Shown: one piece after another, positions 15,983-24,777 of the stretch
How the letters are laid out: each line of letters begins with the position of its first letter
Position numbering within the stretch: the stretch's first letter is position 1
From: Candidatus Anstonellales archaeon
GTDB lineage: Archaea > Micrarchaeota > Micrarchaeia > Anstonellales > J096
Direction of reading: 5' to 3'
Assembly (NCBI GenBank): GCA_038890745.1
Contig: JAWAFD010000002.1
Coordinates: 163,327-227,326, forward strand
DNA length: 64,000 nt
Translations under genes and position numbers: made by a program
The notes under the pieces: model-generated
Database searches by the model: none
The model's input: only the letters and a program-made list of their open reading frames with translations
Told to the model about the DNA's origin: nothing

Positions 15983-17545
15983 ATGAAAAGCCTACCTCTT
16001 TTCTTGATCGGCTTTATGTTTCTTCTCCCCTCCCTGTCTGCTCAGGTTATTACAGAAGGCGGAAATGTAACAGAGGTTAATCTGAATGTTACAGAATTCC
16101 CCACGAGCCGATGGGCTGGGATTGTTGGGTGGATGAACCATTCCGCAACCCCTAATCCTGACCTTTCCATATATGATATAAACATCCCATCATCCGGTAT
16201 ATACACCGCCTGGCCAGAGGGAAACTACTATGACATGCCCCTCATTGTTACACGGCTTTCTGTGAAACCAGACCCCGCGTATTTTCAAACTCCGGTTCTG
16301 AGCGATTTTCTTGAATACGGGATGTTCTGGAACTTTACTGTTTTTAACGGGTGGAGCTTTTCCATCGCAGACAGCCCGAACGCAACCCTCTGCAACCCAT
16401 GTACGTATACAACATGCGAAATCCTATACCTCTCAATCCCGTGCGTATACATAAACCTTGCGCAGGATTTTCAGATGAAGGTTTTGAAATTTAGCAATGG
16501 AACGGATGTTGAGCCAATATTCATATGCAACATCTCAAACGGAACCGGTTACAATGGAACGGTTTATGAGTTTGAGTACCTTGTTCCTGCAAAAGAGGTT
16601 TACTCATTCTACATCTATCCGCAGGAATGCAACATCACTGTTTACATAGATGGTGTGCAGACAACCGTTTTCCCAAATACAGCTAATGTTTATGACCTCC
16701 GTGCGGTTGTAAGGCACAGAAACCTTTCAATTGCCCAGAACGCAACCGTTTATTTGGTTGAAGAGAACGGGAGGAACATTCTCCTCCCCATCCTCGGTTT
16801 AGGAAAAGAATACAAAGAGGTCTCTGCGATGAAAACAAACTCAACCGGAGAGGTTAGGTACGCGGCAGCACCAACAAGATACAACATTCCAGATTCCTAT
16901 GGCTACCGAATCTATCTTCTCTCCCTAGACCCCTACTGCATCCAAAACCTCTCGATTGCCGATTACTCCTCAATCTCTCCCCGCTACCGTTCTTCCCTCA
17001 TAGACAATTCCTACTCCAGCCAAGTAAAAAGCTCTGTTCAGAATATGAACGCGCTTGCCTCCACAACAACAAAATGGATAACCCAGCAGAAAACAAAGGA
17101 GCATTACATAAACGCAACAACCTCTGGCTATGCAAATACAAGCACCCTAAAAGTTGGTGCGCCGAACAAAATAAACATAACCCTCCGCGATGGAGGAAAT
17201 ATTGTAGAAGGCGAGCTTAGGATAAGCGATAGCGATGGTTACATAATTGTTGCCCCCCTCCAGCCAGAGAAAATTTTCTACTCAAACAACGCAACCTTCT
17301 CAACATACGAAGAGTTCACCATCATCCCTACACGCTACAACAATAACGCAAATTTCACGATAAAAGTTTTTTACAACTACATGAATGTTGCAAATGTTAC
17401 ATTCACATACGATGAGCTTCTTGAAGACCCGCAGCCATCAGACCCTACCATGGACCCAGCAACCCACTCCGCTTTTTCAGCCGGCATCCAGAACATAAAC
17501 ATCGTTCTTATAAACATGGGACGGAGCATCTCAACCGTTCCATGA
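15983..17545 (+). CDS. secreted, sequon-rich surface protein; its N-terminal ~190 aa carry the shared WAGFYGN-type module
   Basis: The signal peptide is MKSLPLFLIGFMFLLPSLSA. It is followed by QVITEGGNVTEVNLNVTEFPTSRWAGIVGW ... IFICNIS ... YEFEYLVPAKEVYSFYIYPQ. There are many N-X-S/T sites. Confidence 0.75.
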   Translation: MKSLPLFLIGFMFLLPSLSAQVITEGGNVTEVNLNVTEFPTSRWAGIVGWMNHSATPNPDLSIYDINIPSSGIYTAWPEGNYYDMPLIVTRLSVKPDPAYFQTPVLSDFLEYGMFWNFTVFNGWSFSIADSPNATLCNPCTYTTCEILYLSIPCVYINLAQDFQMKVLKFSNGTDVEPIFICNISNGTGYNGTVYEFEYLVPAKEVYSFYIYPQECNITVYIDGVQTTVFPNTANVYDLRAVVRHRNLSIAQNATVYLVEENGRNILLPILGLGKEYKEVSAMKTNSTGEVRYAAAPTRYNIPDSYGYRIYLLSLDPYCIQNLSIADYSSISPRYRSSLIDNSYSSQVKSSVQNMNALASTTTKWITQQKTKEHYINATTSGYANTSTLKVGAPNKINITLRDGGNIVEGELRISDSDGYIIVAPLQPEKIFYSNNATFSTYEEFTIIPTRYNNNANFTIKVFYNYMNVANVTFTYDELLEDPQPSDPTMDPATHSAFSAGIQNINIVLINMGRSISTVP

Positions 17546-17558
17546 GCAAGGTGATAAA

Positions 17559-19304
17559 ATGAAAAAATTAATTTTGTTTTTTGTTTTTCTTCTAATCACA
17601 GCCACCGCGTCTTCAAAATATTATCTTTTAGACGGTGCGGACCTTACATACACAATAAATAATGATGGAACAGTCCATGTTACAGAAAGAATAACGTATG
17701 AGCTTAATGGATGTTTCAAAGAGTTGTATCTGGAAAAACCAACCGACCTTATAATTACAAACGCGCGCGGGTACTGCGAAAATGCGAAATGCACATTCAG
17801 AATAGATGAGCCAAGTGTCTCTATTTCCGGCTACAGAGAGCTGATTCTTTCGCTGGATTCCGGCGGATGCGACAACAGGGTAACCGCTGTTTTTGATTAC
17901 GATATCTATGCCATAAAAATTTACAAAGACACTGCTCAGTTTTACTATAAACTTTGGGGCGACCATTGGGATTCTCCAACCCCTCTAATCGCAACAATAA
18001 ACCTTCCAGGACCCACCGCCCAAACAAAATATTTCGTTCATTCTTTTTCGGATTACGGTGTGGATTCCGCAGGAAGTTCTATTCAAATCTCTGCGTATCA
18101 ACCCGCAAATCAATACCTTGAAATAAACCTTCTCATGCCATTGGAATGGTTTGAAGACCGCGAAAGCAGTATCTACTACCATGATTACAAACATTCAAAA
18201 TCAGATATACTAAAAATAGAGGAACAGCAAATGAATGAGCAGAAATTCTGGAAATCCATTGCTTGTTTTGTCTTTTTCTTTTCCATTCTACTTGTGCTCG
18301 TTCCGTTTTTCACCTTCCCACTCCTTTACTATTTTTTCGGAACAGAGTACTCACCGGAGCAGGTTGGGTATTCTGGGGAGTATGAGCGCGAGCCTCCCTC
18401 TCCCAATCCACCAGCAGAAGCACCGTTTTTTATAGAAGCCCAATTCTCTTCAGCATCCCTGCCCGCAACCATCATGCACCTGATTTACAAAGGATATTTG
18501 GATATTATAGAAGATAAGACAAAAAACGATATTCTTCTTGTTCCTGGCAAAGGAAAAGGCGAACTTAAAGAGTACGAGAAATCCCTTCTTGATTACATGC
18601 TATCAAAGATGGAAAACAAAAAGCTCAGCATGAAAAAGTTCCGCGATAGCGTTACCTCTTCCTATGCTTTTTACGCATGGTTTGAAAAATGGAAGAGCAA
18701 TGTTGAGAGAACCGTTGATATTGAAAAATACGCCGAGTACAAAGGGTATAACATTGCGAAATGGGTTTTCGGTACATTTATTTTAATAGATATAGTTATT
18801 TTCTTTATTTCCACTTTCGTCCTTTCATCAAATCCGTTTGCGGTTGAAGCATCCATATTCCTTTCTTTTGGAGCAATGTTTGGTGGTATAGTATCATTCT
18901 TACTTGCTGCCGTCGCCGGAGGAAAGAAAATATGGTTTGGAAGATGGAAAAAGGAAGGAAGAGTTCTTAATCTGAAATGGAGCAATTTCAAAAAATATCT
19001 TAGCGATTTCACGCTGCTTAAAGAGCATCCTCCGAGTTCGGTTAAACTATGGGACTATTACATGAGCTATGCTGTTGCTTTTGGTGTTGCTGAAAAAACG
19101 CTTAAAGCAATGAAGGTTTCTGTTCCAGAAAGAGAGCTTCGCACGAGCCGGCTCTATCCACTCTACCATCAACCGGTTTATTTCAGCACCATGAGAAGCT
19201 CTTTCATACCTTCCTACTCCCCTCCCTCCCGCTCCTCAGGTGGATATGGAAGCATAGGTGGGTTTGGGGGAGGTTTTGGTGGCGGAGGCGGTGGTGCGCG
19301 GTAA
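17559..19304 (+). CDS. DUF2207-like membrane protein with a Gly-rich C-terminal tail
   Basis: It has a signal peptide, an N-terminal YTINNDGTVHVTERITYELNG pattern, several TM helices in the central and C-terminal part, and the tail SGGYGSIGGFGGGFGGGGGGAR, which is typical of this family. Confidence 0.65.
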   Translation: MKKLILFFVFLLITATASSKYYLLDGADLTYTINNDGTVHVTERITYELNGCFKELYLEKPTDLIITNARGYCENAKCTFRIDEPSVSISGYRELILSLDSGGCDNRVTAVFDYDIYAIKIYKDTAQFYYKLWGDHWDSPTPLIATINLPGPTAQTKYFVHSFSDYGVDSAGSSIQISAYQPANQYLEINLLMPLEWFEDRESSIYYHDYKHSKSDILKIEEQQMNEQKFWKSIACFVFFFSILLVLVPFFTFPLLYYFFGTEYSPEQVGYSGEYEREPPSPNPPAEAPFFIEAQFSSASLPATIMHLIYKGYLDIIEDKTKNDILLVPGKGKGELKEYEKSLLDYMLSKMENKKLSMKKFRDSVTSSYAFYAWFEKWKSNVERTVDIEKYAEYKGYNIAKWVFGTFILIDIVIFFISTFVLSSNPFAVEASIFLSFGAMFGGIVSFLLAAVAGGKKIWFGRWKKEGRVLNLKWSNFKKYLSDFTLLKEHPPSSVKLWDYYMSYAVAFGVAEKTLKAMKVSVPERELRTSRLYPLYHQPVYFSTMRSSFIPSYSPPSRSSGGYGSIGGFGGGFGGGGGGAR

Positions 19305-19359
19305 GCGAAAGGTTTAAATCCATTTCTTTTCAATTCCCGCTAGAAATGGGGGAGAAAAT

Positions 19360-19731
19360 ATGATGAAGAAAGTACAGTCGTTTGGACCTTTAGCATACAT
19401 TGTGGGATTGGTGATAGCAATAATTGCAGGAGTAGTGCCTCTTGGTGCGAACCTTGTTGTGTGGGTAAGCCTGCTGCTTGGTTTGATCGGTATCTTTGTC
19501 GGACTGATGAACATAAGGGACAAAGAAGTGCTTCTGTTCCTTGTTGCGGCAATAGCGTTCATGATATCAGCATCGAGCCTTGCTTCAGTATTCTCAACAC
19601 TTGGCGCTCAGTTCGGTGTAGACTTCCTCGGGCAAGCGATATCCCAGATACTCGCAAATGTTGTTGTGCTTACAGCACCGGCAGCAGCAGTCGTTGCGAT
19701 AAAGGCACTCTACGACATTTCGAGAGAATAA
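19360..19731 (+). CDS. small integral membrane protein (about 4 TM helices)
   Basis: 123 aa, almost entirely hydrophobic helices, followed by a long T-rich tract. Confidence 0.65.
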   Translation: MMKKVQSFGPLAYIVGLVIAIIAGVVPLGANLVVWVSLLLGLIGIFVGLMNIRDKEVLLFLVAAIAFMISASSLASVFSTLGAQFGVDFLGQAISQILANVVVLTAPAAAVVAIKALYDISRE

Positions 19732-19742
19732 TCTCCAATCCG

Positions 19743-19780
19743 TTTGTTTTTCTTTTTTATTTTGATCTCTTTTTCTTTTC
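19743..19780 (+). terminator. T-rich archaeal terminator-like tract
   Basis: TTTGTTTTTCTTTTTTATTTTGATCTCTTTTTCTTTTC lies directly after the stop at 19731. Confidence 0.45.
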
Positions 19781-19828
19781 AAAAAACAAAAACCAATTTT
19801 TATAAACTTTCCCTTCAAATTGTTAGCG

Positions 19829-21514
19829 ATGAAAAGATTGATCTTGCTTTTGTTTCTCTCATCCATAGTTTTTTCTGCTTATGGAAATATAGTTGACAAT
19901 TCAAACATAATCCGCAATGTTACCTCTTCAATCTCATACAAGGTTTATGCTGATACATTTGGCGTTAACCCTGATTTTGCGCTCATGCTCTGTGGGGCAA
20001 GCGGGTATGCGGGTGCTGTGTATTCCGCGAATGTTTCGGGCGCTCCTGTTTACATAACCATAAGCAAAAACCTGAGTGCAGGGGCAAACTCAACACTAGT
20101 CTACACCTCTCAAAATGTTAACTCAACATGCAACCGCACACCGGTTGATCAGTTTGCATTTTCTCAGTTTCAAGACATCACCCGAACCCCAAGGGTGTAT
20201 GTTTCTGCCTTTCCCGGCAGAATTCACATTCTTTACTCTTCAAGCGTAGATGGCTCAAACCCTGAATTTGCAAAGGTTAATTATTCAAACGGCTGGCTGA
20301 AGGGCGACTACTCTGTTACAAGAATTTTTGATGAGAACATCGCCCGAGTAAACGCAACGGTGAGTACGATTACTTTTGAAACAGATATGGGAACAATTAC
20401 TCAGAGCGCAAGCGACCCGGAGTGGGGTCTAAACTCCTCAACCGGAAGGAGCATGTTGATTGCTTTGTGCGAGGATGACTACGGTGATGTGTGCAGCGAT
20501 GCAGTGGTAATAAACTCTTCCTCTCAATTCCCAGCACGCTTAAACCTCAACCAGCCCATAGGGGATACCTCTCACTATGACAGATATGTTGTTGTGGATG
20601 GCTTAGGCTATCCCATATGCATCGGTGCAGACCTTTATGTTTCCATCTCCACCCCAGGCTCTCTTGGATATGGAGAATCCGGAAATGTAAGTATTACGAT
20701 TACAAACATCGGAAATGTCCGGGTTACAACAGATTTCGTGATCAACCTTTCTGTTTCAGGGCCCGGAGGGCACTACAATTATACCGAATGGACAATTACA
20801 GAAACCCTACTTCCAGGCCAGAGCACAACAAGAAACTATACTTTCTTTGCAACCGGCCAGAGTGGAACATATACATTTAGAACTTTTGTTGATACGACGA
20901 ATGTAATAAGCGAGTGCAACGAAGGGAACAACAACGCAACCGGGACAATTACCGTTGTTCCGAGAAGAGTTCTTCATGTTAAAATAGATGACAACGAAAC
21001 ATACTATTTCCCTCAATGGGGATATCCTTACAATGTAACCATGTGGGTTACGGACAGCGACAACAACACCCTTACCGGATTAACCTTCAAAATTACAGAA
21101 ACAAACGGCTTAAATCCATTTGTCCCAACTCAACTCTGGAACAGCTCCGGAACAGTGGTTGGGCTTAAGAGCTATTCCATAGGGGAATTCGGTTCAAACT
21201 CTTCTGGTTATGCCATGTTCACAATCATCCCAACCTGCAACAAGCTCTACACAACCTACATAAGCGAAAATGTGGATGTTTATGTAGGCAACTATTCCAT
21301 TACTGTGAATGTATACCAAGGCGGCTCTCCTGTTCCGCTCTATTTCAACGGCTCAACAGTGTATGACCACCCACTCTTTGTTTCAAACACCTCGTGCTCT
21401 GTTCCTCCATGGACAAACAACAAGGAGCTGGTGAATAAAGACAGGTACGTTCTTCCAATATACGACTGGCTGTATGAAGTTTATTCAATAATGAAAAGAA
21501 TAGCAAACCCGTGA
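19829..21514 (+). CDS. secreted surface protein with a CARDB-like domain
   Basis: The signal peptide is MKRLILLLFLSSIVFSA. ..VDTTNVISECNEGNNNATGTITVV is the typical CARDB C-terminal motif (E-x-N-E-x-N-N). It is sequon-rich. Confidence 0.7.
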   Translation: MKRLILLLFLSSIVFSAYGNIVDNSNIIRNVTSSISYKVYADTFGVNPDFALMLCGASGYAGAVYSANVSGAPVYITISKNLSAGANSTLVYTSQNVNSTCNRTPVDQFAFSQFQDITRTPRVYVSAFPGRIHILYSSSVDGSNPEFAKVNYSNGWLKGDYSVTRIFDENIARVNATVSTITFETDMGTITQSASDPEWGLNSSTGRSMLIALCEDDYGDVCSDAVVINSSSQFPARLNLNQPIGDTSHYDRYVVVDGLGYPICIGADLYVSISTPGSLGYGESGNVSITITNIGNVRVTTDFVINLSVSGPGGHYNYTEWTITETLLPGQSTTRNYTFFATGQSGTYTFRTFVDTTNVISECNEGNNNATGTITVVPRRVLHVKIDDNETYYFPQWGYPYNVTMWVTDSDNNTLTGLTFKITETNGLNPFVPTQLWNSSGTVVGLKSYSIGEFGSNSSGYAMFTIIPTCNKLYTTYISENVDVYVGNYSITVNVYQGGSPVPLYFNGSTVYDHPLFVSNTSCSVPPWTNNKELVNKDRYVLPIYDWLYEVYSIMKRIANP

Positions 21515-21518
21515 TAGG

Positions 21519-23393
21519 ATGAAAAAAATTTTTATCCTTGCCTTGCTTTTCTGCCTTACTTTTGCCCAGTACTACCAAGTCTATCTTGTTCTTGAGAATG
21601 AAACCATCCACTCCCTTGTTTATGATAACCCATCATTTTCTTATGCAGATAACTCCATGGAAAACCCGAACATCTATGTCCGCGTTTGCGCCCTTAATGC
21701 GAGCGAGCTTCAGAACAAATGGGTCGCGCTTGTTTACGCAGACGGAACAAACGGCCAGTACATTGAAATAGACAACGGGCCCGTGCAAATAACCTCTGTT
21801 CCTCCAAGCTTGTGCGTTAATCTAGATGTGGACATTTCTTCTTTCAAAGCATGGTACCCATCCATCCCATTTGTGATAATTGCAGATAACAAAGCCCTTA
21901 CCTCCTCGCCTACTCGATGGAAGCTTTCCCAATCTCGCGGATGGCTTGTTGGCAATTATACCATGAACGCAACCAGAATAGGAAATACTGTTTATGTTAA
22001 TGTTACCGGCGCTGTTGATGATTCTTTTGCAACCTACATTGTTCCTGTTGTTGACTATCTTGTTGTTGGGACCGTTCAGAGCGATGGACTTACAACAACA
22101 GATACAAAAATAGTTAGGTTCAACCAAACAGCAACCCTTTCGCTCGGGGCTTACACAGGGAATTACACAATAATGATAAACGGGATAGGAGGAGAATTTC
22201 CACCTTATGTAAGAATAATTTCCCCACAGCCAACAACCTACCCACCCGGCGATATTCCTTTTATTTTTACAATAATAGAATTCGAGCCTTTGGATTCCTG
22301 CTGGTATGTTTTAGATAGCCGCGCCTACACCCTTCCTGATTGCCATGCTTCCTACATCCTTTCCGGCCTTTCTGCCGGCTCCCATTCCCTTTGCCTGTAT
22401 GCAAACGACACCTCGAACAGGATAGGAAGCGACTGCGTTTCCTTCTCAATCTCAGCTCCTCCTCCTCCTCCACCACCAGGTCCAGGAGGAATCGGAAAGC
22501 CACCCAAGCCACCTCCTCCACCCATCCCTCCTGCACCAACATTCAGAATAATTCCTGAGGAGCTTTTCCTCTACCTTGAGCTCATCTATCCTTATGAAGC
22601 TTCGGACACTTTCTCCCTTTGCGCCGATTATGCTCTCTCCAATATTGAATGCGAAATTTCCGGTCCATACGCAGAGTATTACTCCGTGGAACTCTCATCA
22701 CATTCCCTTAACAACTCCTGCATTAATGGGACTGTTTCTGTAAAATTTCCAGTTTCGATTGCGCTTGATATTGATGAAAACGAAAACCTCCTATACTGCT
22801 ATGCACAGTACGACAGCATTTCCTCTCTTGTTGCAAAGGGAAATGTGTATACTATTGTTCTAAAACCAGAGCTTGAATCCACAAACCTCTCATACTCTCT
22901 TTACATAGGTCAGGAGATAAACGCAACCCTCCCCATCACAAACATAGGAAAGGCAAACGCAACAAACATCACGGTTGAAACCTCTCCAAAATATGAAGAG
23001 TGGCTTGGTGCCTACACGATAGGGAATATAGGGGTTGGAGAAACCCATTTCCTCTCCATCCATATTAAAGTTCCAGATGACGCCCAGCCAGGAAAATACA
23101 GAATTCCGATTACTATTTCTGCAGAGAACGCGCGCGCAAAAACATATTATATAGAAATAACAGTAAAGCCAAAACCAGAGCTTATTACTTGCGCATTTGA
23201 TTTCAATCTTCTCGCTACTATCTGGCCATTAATCCTAGCAATGCTCCAGCCCATTGCTGTTTTTGAGTATTACCGGGAAGATAAAAAATGGAAGGAAAAA
23301 TCCCTCCGCCTCTCCTCCCTGAATGCCCTCATCCTTCTCATTGTTTGGCTGGTTATTTTCTACTTCATTGCCTCAAAATGCCTCCCTCTCTAA
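21519..23393 (+). CDS. secreted surface protein with a poly-proline linker, CARDB/NEW-like beta-sandwich and C-terminal TM anchor
   Basis: The signal peptide is MKKIFILALLFCLTFA. The linker is SAPPPPPPPGPGGIGKPPKPPPPPIPPAP. ..PITNIGKANATNITVE..GETHFLSIHIKVPDDAQPGKYRIPITISAE.. is the beta-sandwich region. C-terminal hydrophobic helices are present. Confidence 0.7.
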   Translation: MKKIFILALLFCLTFAQYYQVYLVLENETIHSLVYDNPSFSYADNSMENPNIYVRVCALNASELQNKWVALVYADGTNGQYIEIDNGPVQITSVPPSLCVNLDVDISSFKAWYPSIPFVIIADNKALTSSPTRWKLSQSRGWLVGNYTMNATRIGNTVYVNVTGAVDDSFATYIVPVVDYLVVGTVQSDGLTTTDTKIVRFNQTATLSLGAYTGNYTIMINGIGGEFPPYVRIISPQPTTYPPGDIPFIFTIIEFEPLDSCWYVLDSRAYTLPDCHASYILSGLSAGSHSLCLYANDTSNRIGSDCVSFSISAPPPPPPPGPGGIGKPPKPPPPPIPPAPTFRIIPEELFLYLELIYPYEASDTFSLCADYALSNIECEISGPYAEYYSVELSSHSLNNSCINGTVSVKFPVSIALDIDENENLLYCYAQYDSISSLVAKGNVYTIVLKPELESTNLSYSLYIGQEINATLPITNIGKANATNITVETSPKYEEWLGAYTIGNIGVGETHFLSIHIKVPDDAQPGKYRIPITISAENARAKTYYIEITVKPKPELITCAFDFNLLATIWPLILAMLQPIAVFEYYREDKKWKEKSLRLSSLNALILLIVWLVIFYFIASKCLPL

Positions 23394-23444
23394 AGTTCTG
23401 CTAAAAGGGAAAGATTTTTATATTTTTTTCCCTATTAATTGTAC

Positions 23445-24743
23445 ATGAATTTTGAGGAGGTGAAGGAGTATCTTCTGGATTTTCAGAAAAGAGAAATGCC
23501 TGAGATGGTGGAGAGAGAGCTTAGGGTCGATGGTTCCGGAAGGATAGTTTCAATAATAGGACCAAGAAGGGCCGGTAAAACATTTTTTATGTACCAGAAA
23601 ATGAAGGAGCTTATAAATTCCGGAAAGAAAAAAAGCTCCATACTTTACCTAAACTTTGAAGACCCGCGGCTTGTTGGAGTGAGTTTCAAAGACATCAAAG
23701 AGATAGTTAAATTACACTGGCAGCTTTATCCGGATTCGACGAATGAGCAATTATACATTTTTGTAGATGAACCGCAAAATGTTGAAGGATGGGAGGTTGC
23801 AGTAAGGGGGCTGCATGATGATGGTTTTGTTGTTTTTCTGAGCGGCTCAAGTTCTAAACTATTAAGCAGAGAAATAGCAACCTCTCTACGCGGCCGGACG
23901 ATCTCTTATACTCTCCTCCCATTTTCTTTTAGAGAGTTTATGAGAATGAAAAAAGTTTCTTTTGATACCAGTAGACTTGGCTCTAAAGAAAAGGCACTGC
24001 TAAATTCCCTCTTCGAGGAATATGTCGTGTTTGGCGGGTTTCCTGAGGTTATAAAAGCAGAAAAGAAAGAAGAAAAGGAAAGAGTACTGAGCGAATACTT
24101 CGATCTGGTTGTTTACCGCGATATTGTTGAACGATACAAGGTGAAAAACACCGCGCTCGTTAAATGGTTGATAAAGTCAACTCTTTCTTCTTTTTCAAAG
24201 GAGCTTAGTATCCATAAACTTTATCTCAATTTGAGATCTCAGGGGCTAAGCTTAAGCAAGAATACGCTGTATTCATATTTTTCGATGCTTGTAGACTCTC
24301 TTTTTGTTTTTCCAGTTTTCAGGTTTTCTTATTCAATAAGAAAAAGAGAGCTTTCTAAAGCAAAGGTTTATGCATGCGATGTTGGGTTCACAAAGCTTGT
24401 TGAGATCTCTCCAGAAAGAGGAAGGAAAATGGAGAATATTGTTTTCTTGGAACTTATGCGAAGAAAAAAACCTTTGGAAGAGATTTTTTATTGGAAAAAT
24501 CCTCAGAATAAAGAAGTCGATTTTGTCGTTAGAGAAGGAAGTAGGACAAAAAAACTCATTCAGGTTTGTTCTAACATTAGTGATATGGAAGTGAAAAAAA
24601 GAGAGGTGGGTGCTTTAATAAAGGCATCTGAAGAGTTGAGATGCAGTGATCTATCCATCATAACCGATAGATATACAGGGCAAGAGAGAGTAAAAAGAAA
24701 AAAAATAAGTTTTGTTTCCCTGCCGGAGTGGTTGCTTTCATAG
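23445..24743 (+). CDS. orphan AAA-type ATPase (COG1373-like: P-loop domain plus DUF4143-like C-terminal domain)
   Basis: Walker A is IIGPRRAGKTF and Walker B is LYIFVDEPQ. The C-terminal ..KEVDFVV..KKLIQV.. pattern fits the family. Confidence 0.75.
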   Translation: MNFEEVKEYLLDFQKREMPEMVERELRVDGSGRIVSIIGPRRAGKTFFMYQKMKELINSGKKKSSILYLNFEDPRLVGVSFKDIKEIVKLHWQLYPDSTNEQLYIFVDEPQNVEGWEVAVRGLHDDGFVVFLSGSSSKLLSREIATSLRGRTISYTLLPFSFREFMRMKKVSFDTSRLGSKEKALLNSLFEEYVVFGGFPEVIKAEKKEEKERVLSEYFDLVVYRDIVERYKVKNTALVKWLIKSTLSSFSKELSIHKLYLNLRSQGLSLSKNTLYSYFSMLVDSLFVFPVFRFSYSIRKRELSKAKVYACDVGFTKLVEISPERGRKMENIVFLELMRRKKPLEEIFYWKNPQNKEVDFVVREGSRTKKLIQVCSNISDMEVKKREVGALIKASEELRCSDLSIITDRYTGQERVKRKKISFVSLPEWLLS

Positions 24744-24777
24744 TTAATCTTTTAAACAGTTCTGTACATACTTGGTT

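Noticed and set aside
19314-19562. Minus-strand ORFs overlapping the small membrane-protein gene (19314-19562, 19340-19552)
   Set aside because: They are antisense to a well-formed 4-TM ORF that has its own start context. Their translations are Pro/Thr/Ser-rich with no features.
22440-22560. Poly-proline tract as a collagen-like or special repeat element
   Set aside because: It is a simple Pro/Gly/Lys linker (PPPPPPPGPGGIGKPPKPPPPPIPPAP) within a normal secreted protein, with no G-X-Y periodicity.
23394-24764. Direct repeats flanking the first COG1373-like ATPase gene (AGTTCTG at 23394-23400 and 24758-24764)
   Set aside because: The match is only 7 bp and is plausibly due to chance in two ~50-bp AT-rich intergenic regions. 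It is not comparable to the 54-bp and 39-bp repeats around the other two ATPase genes.
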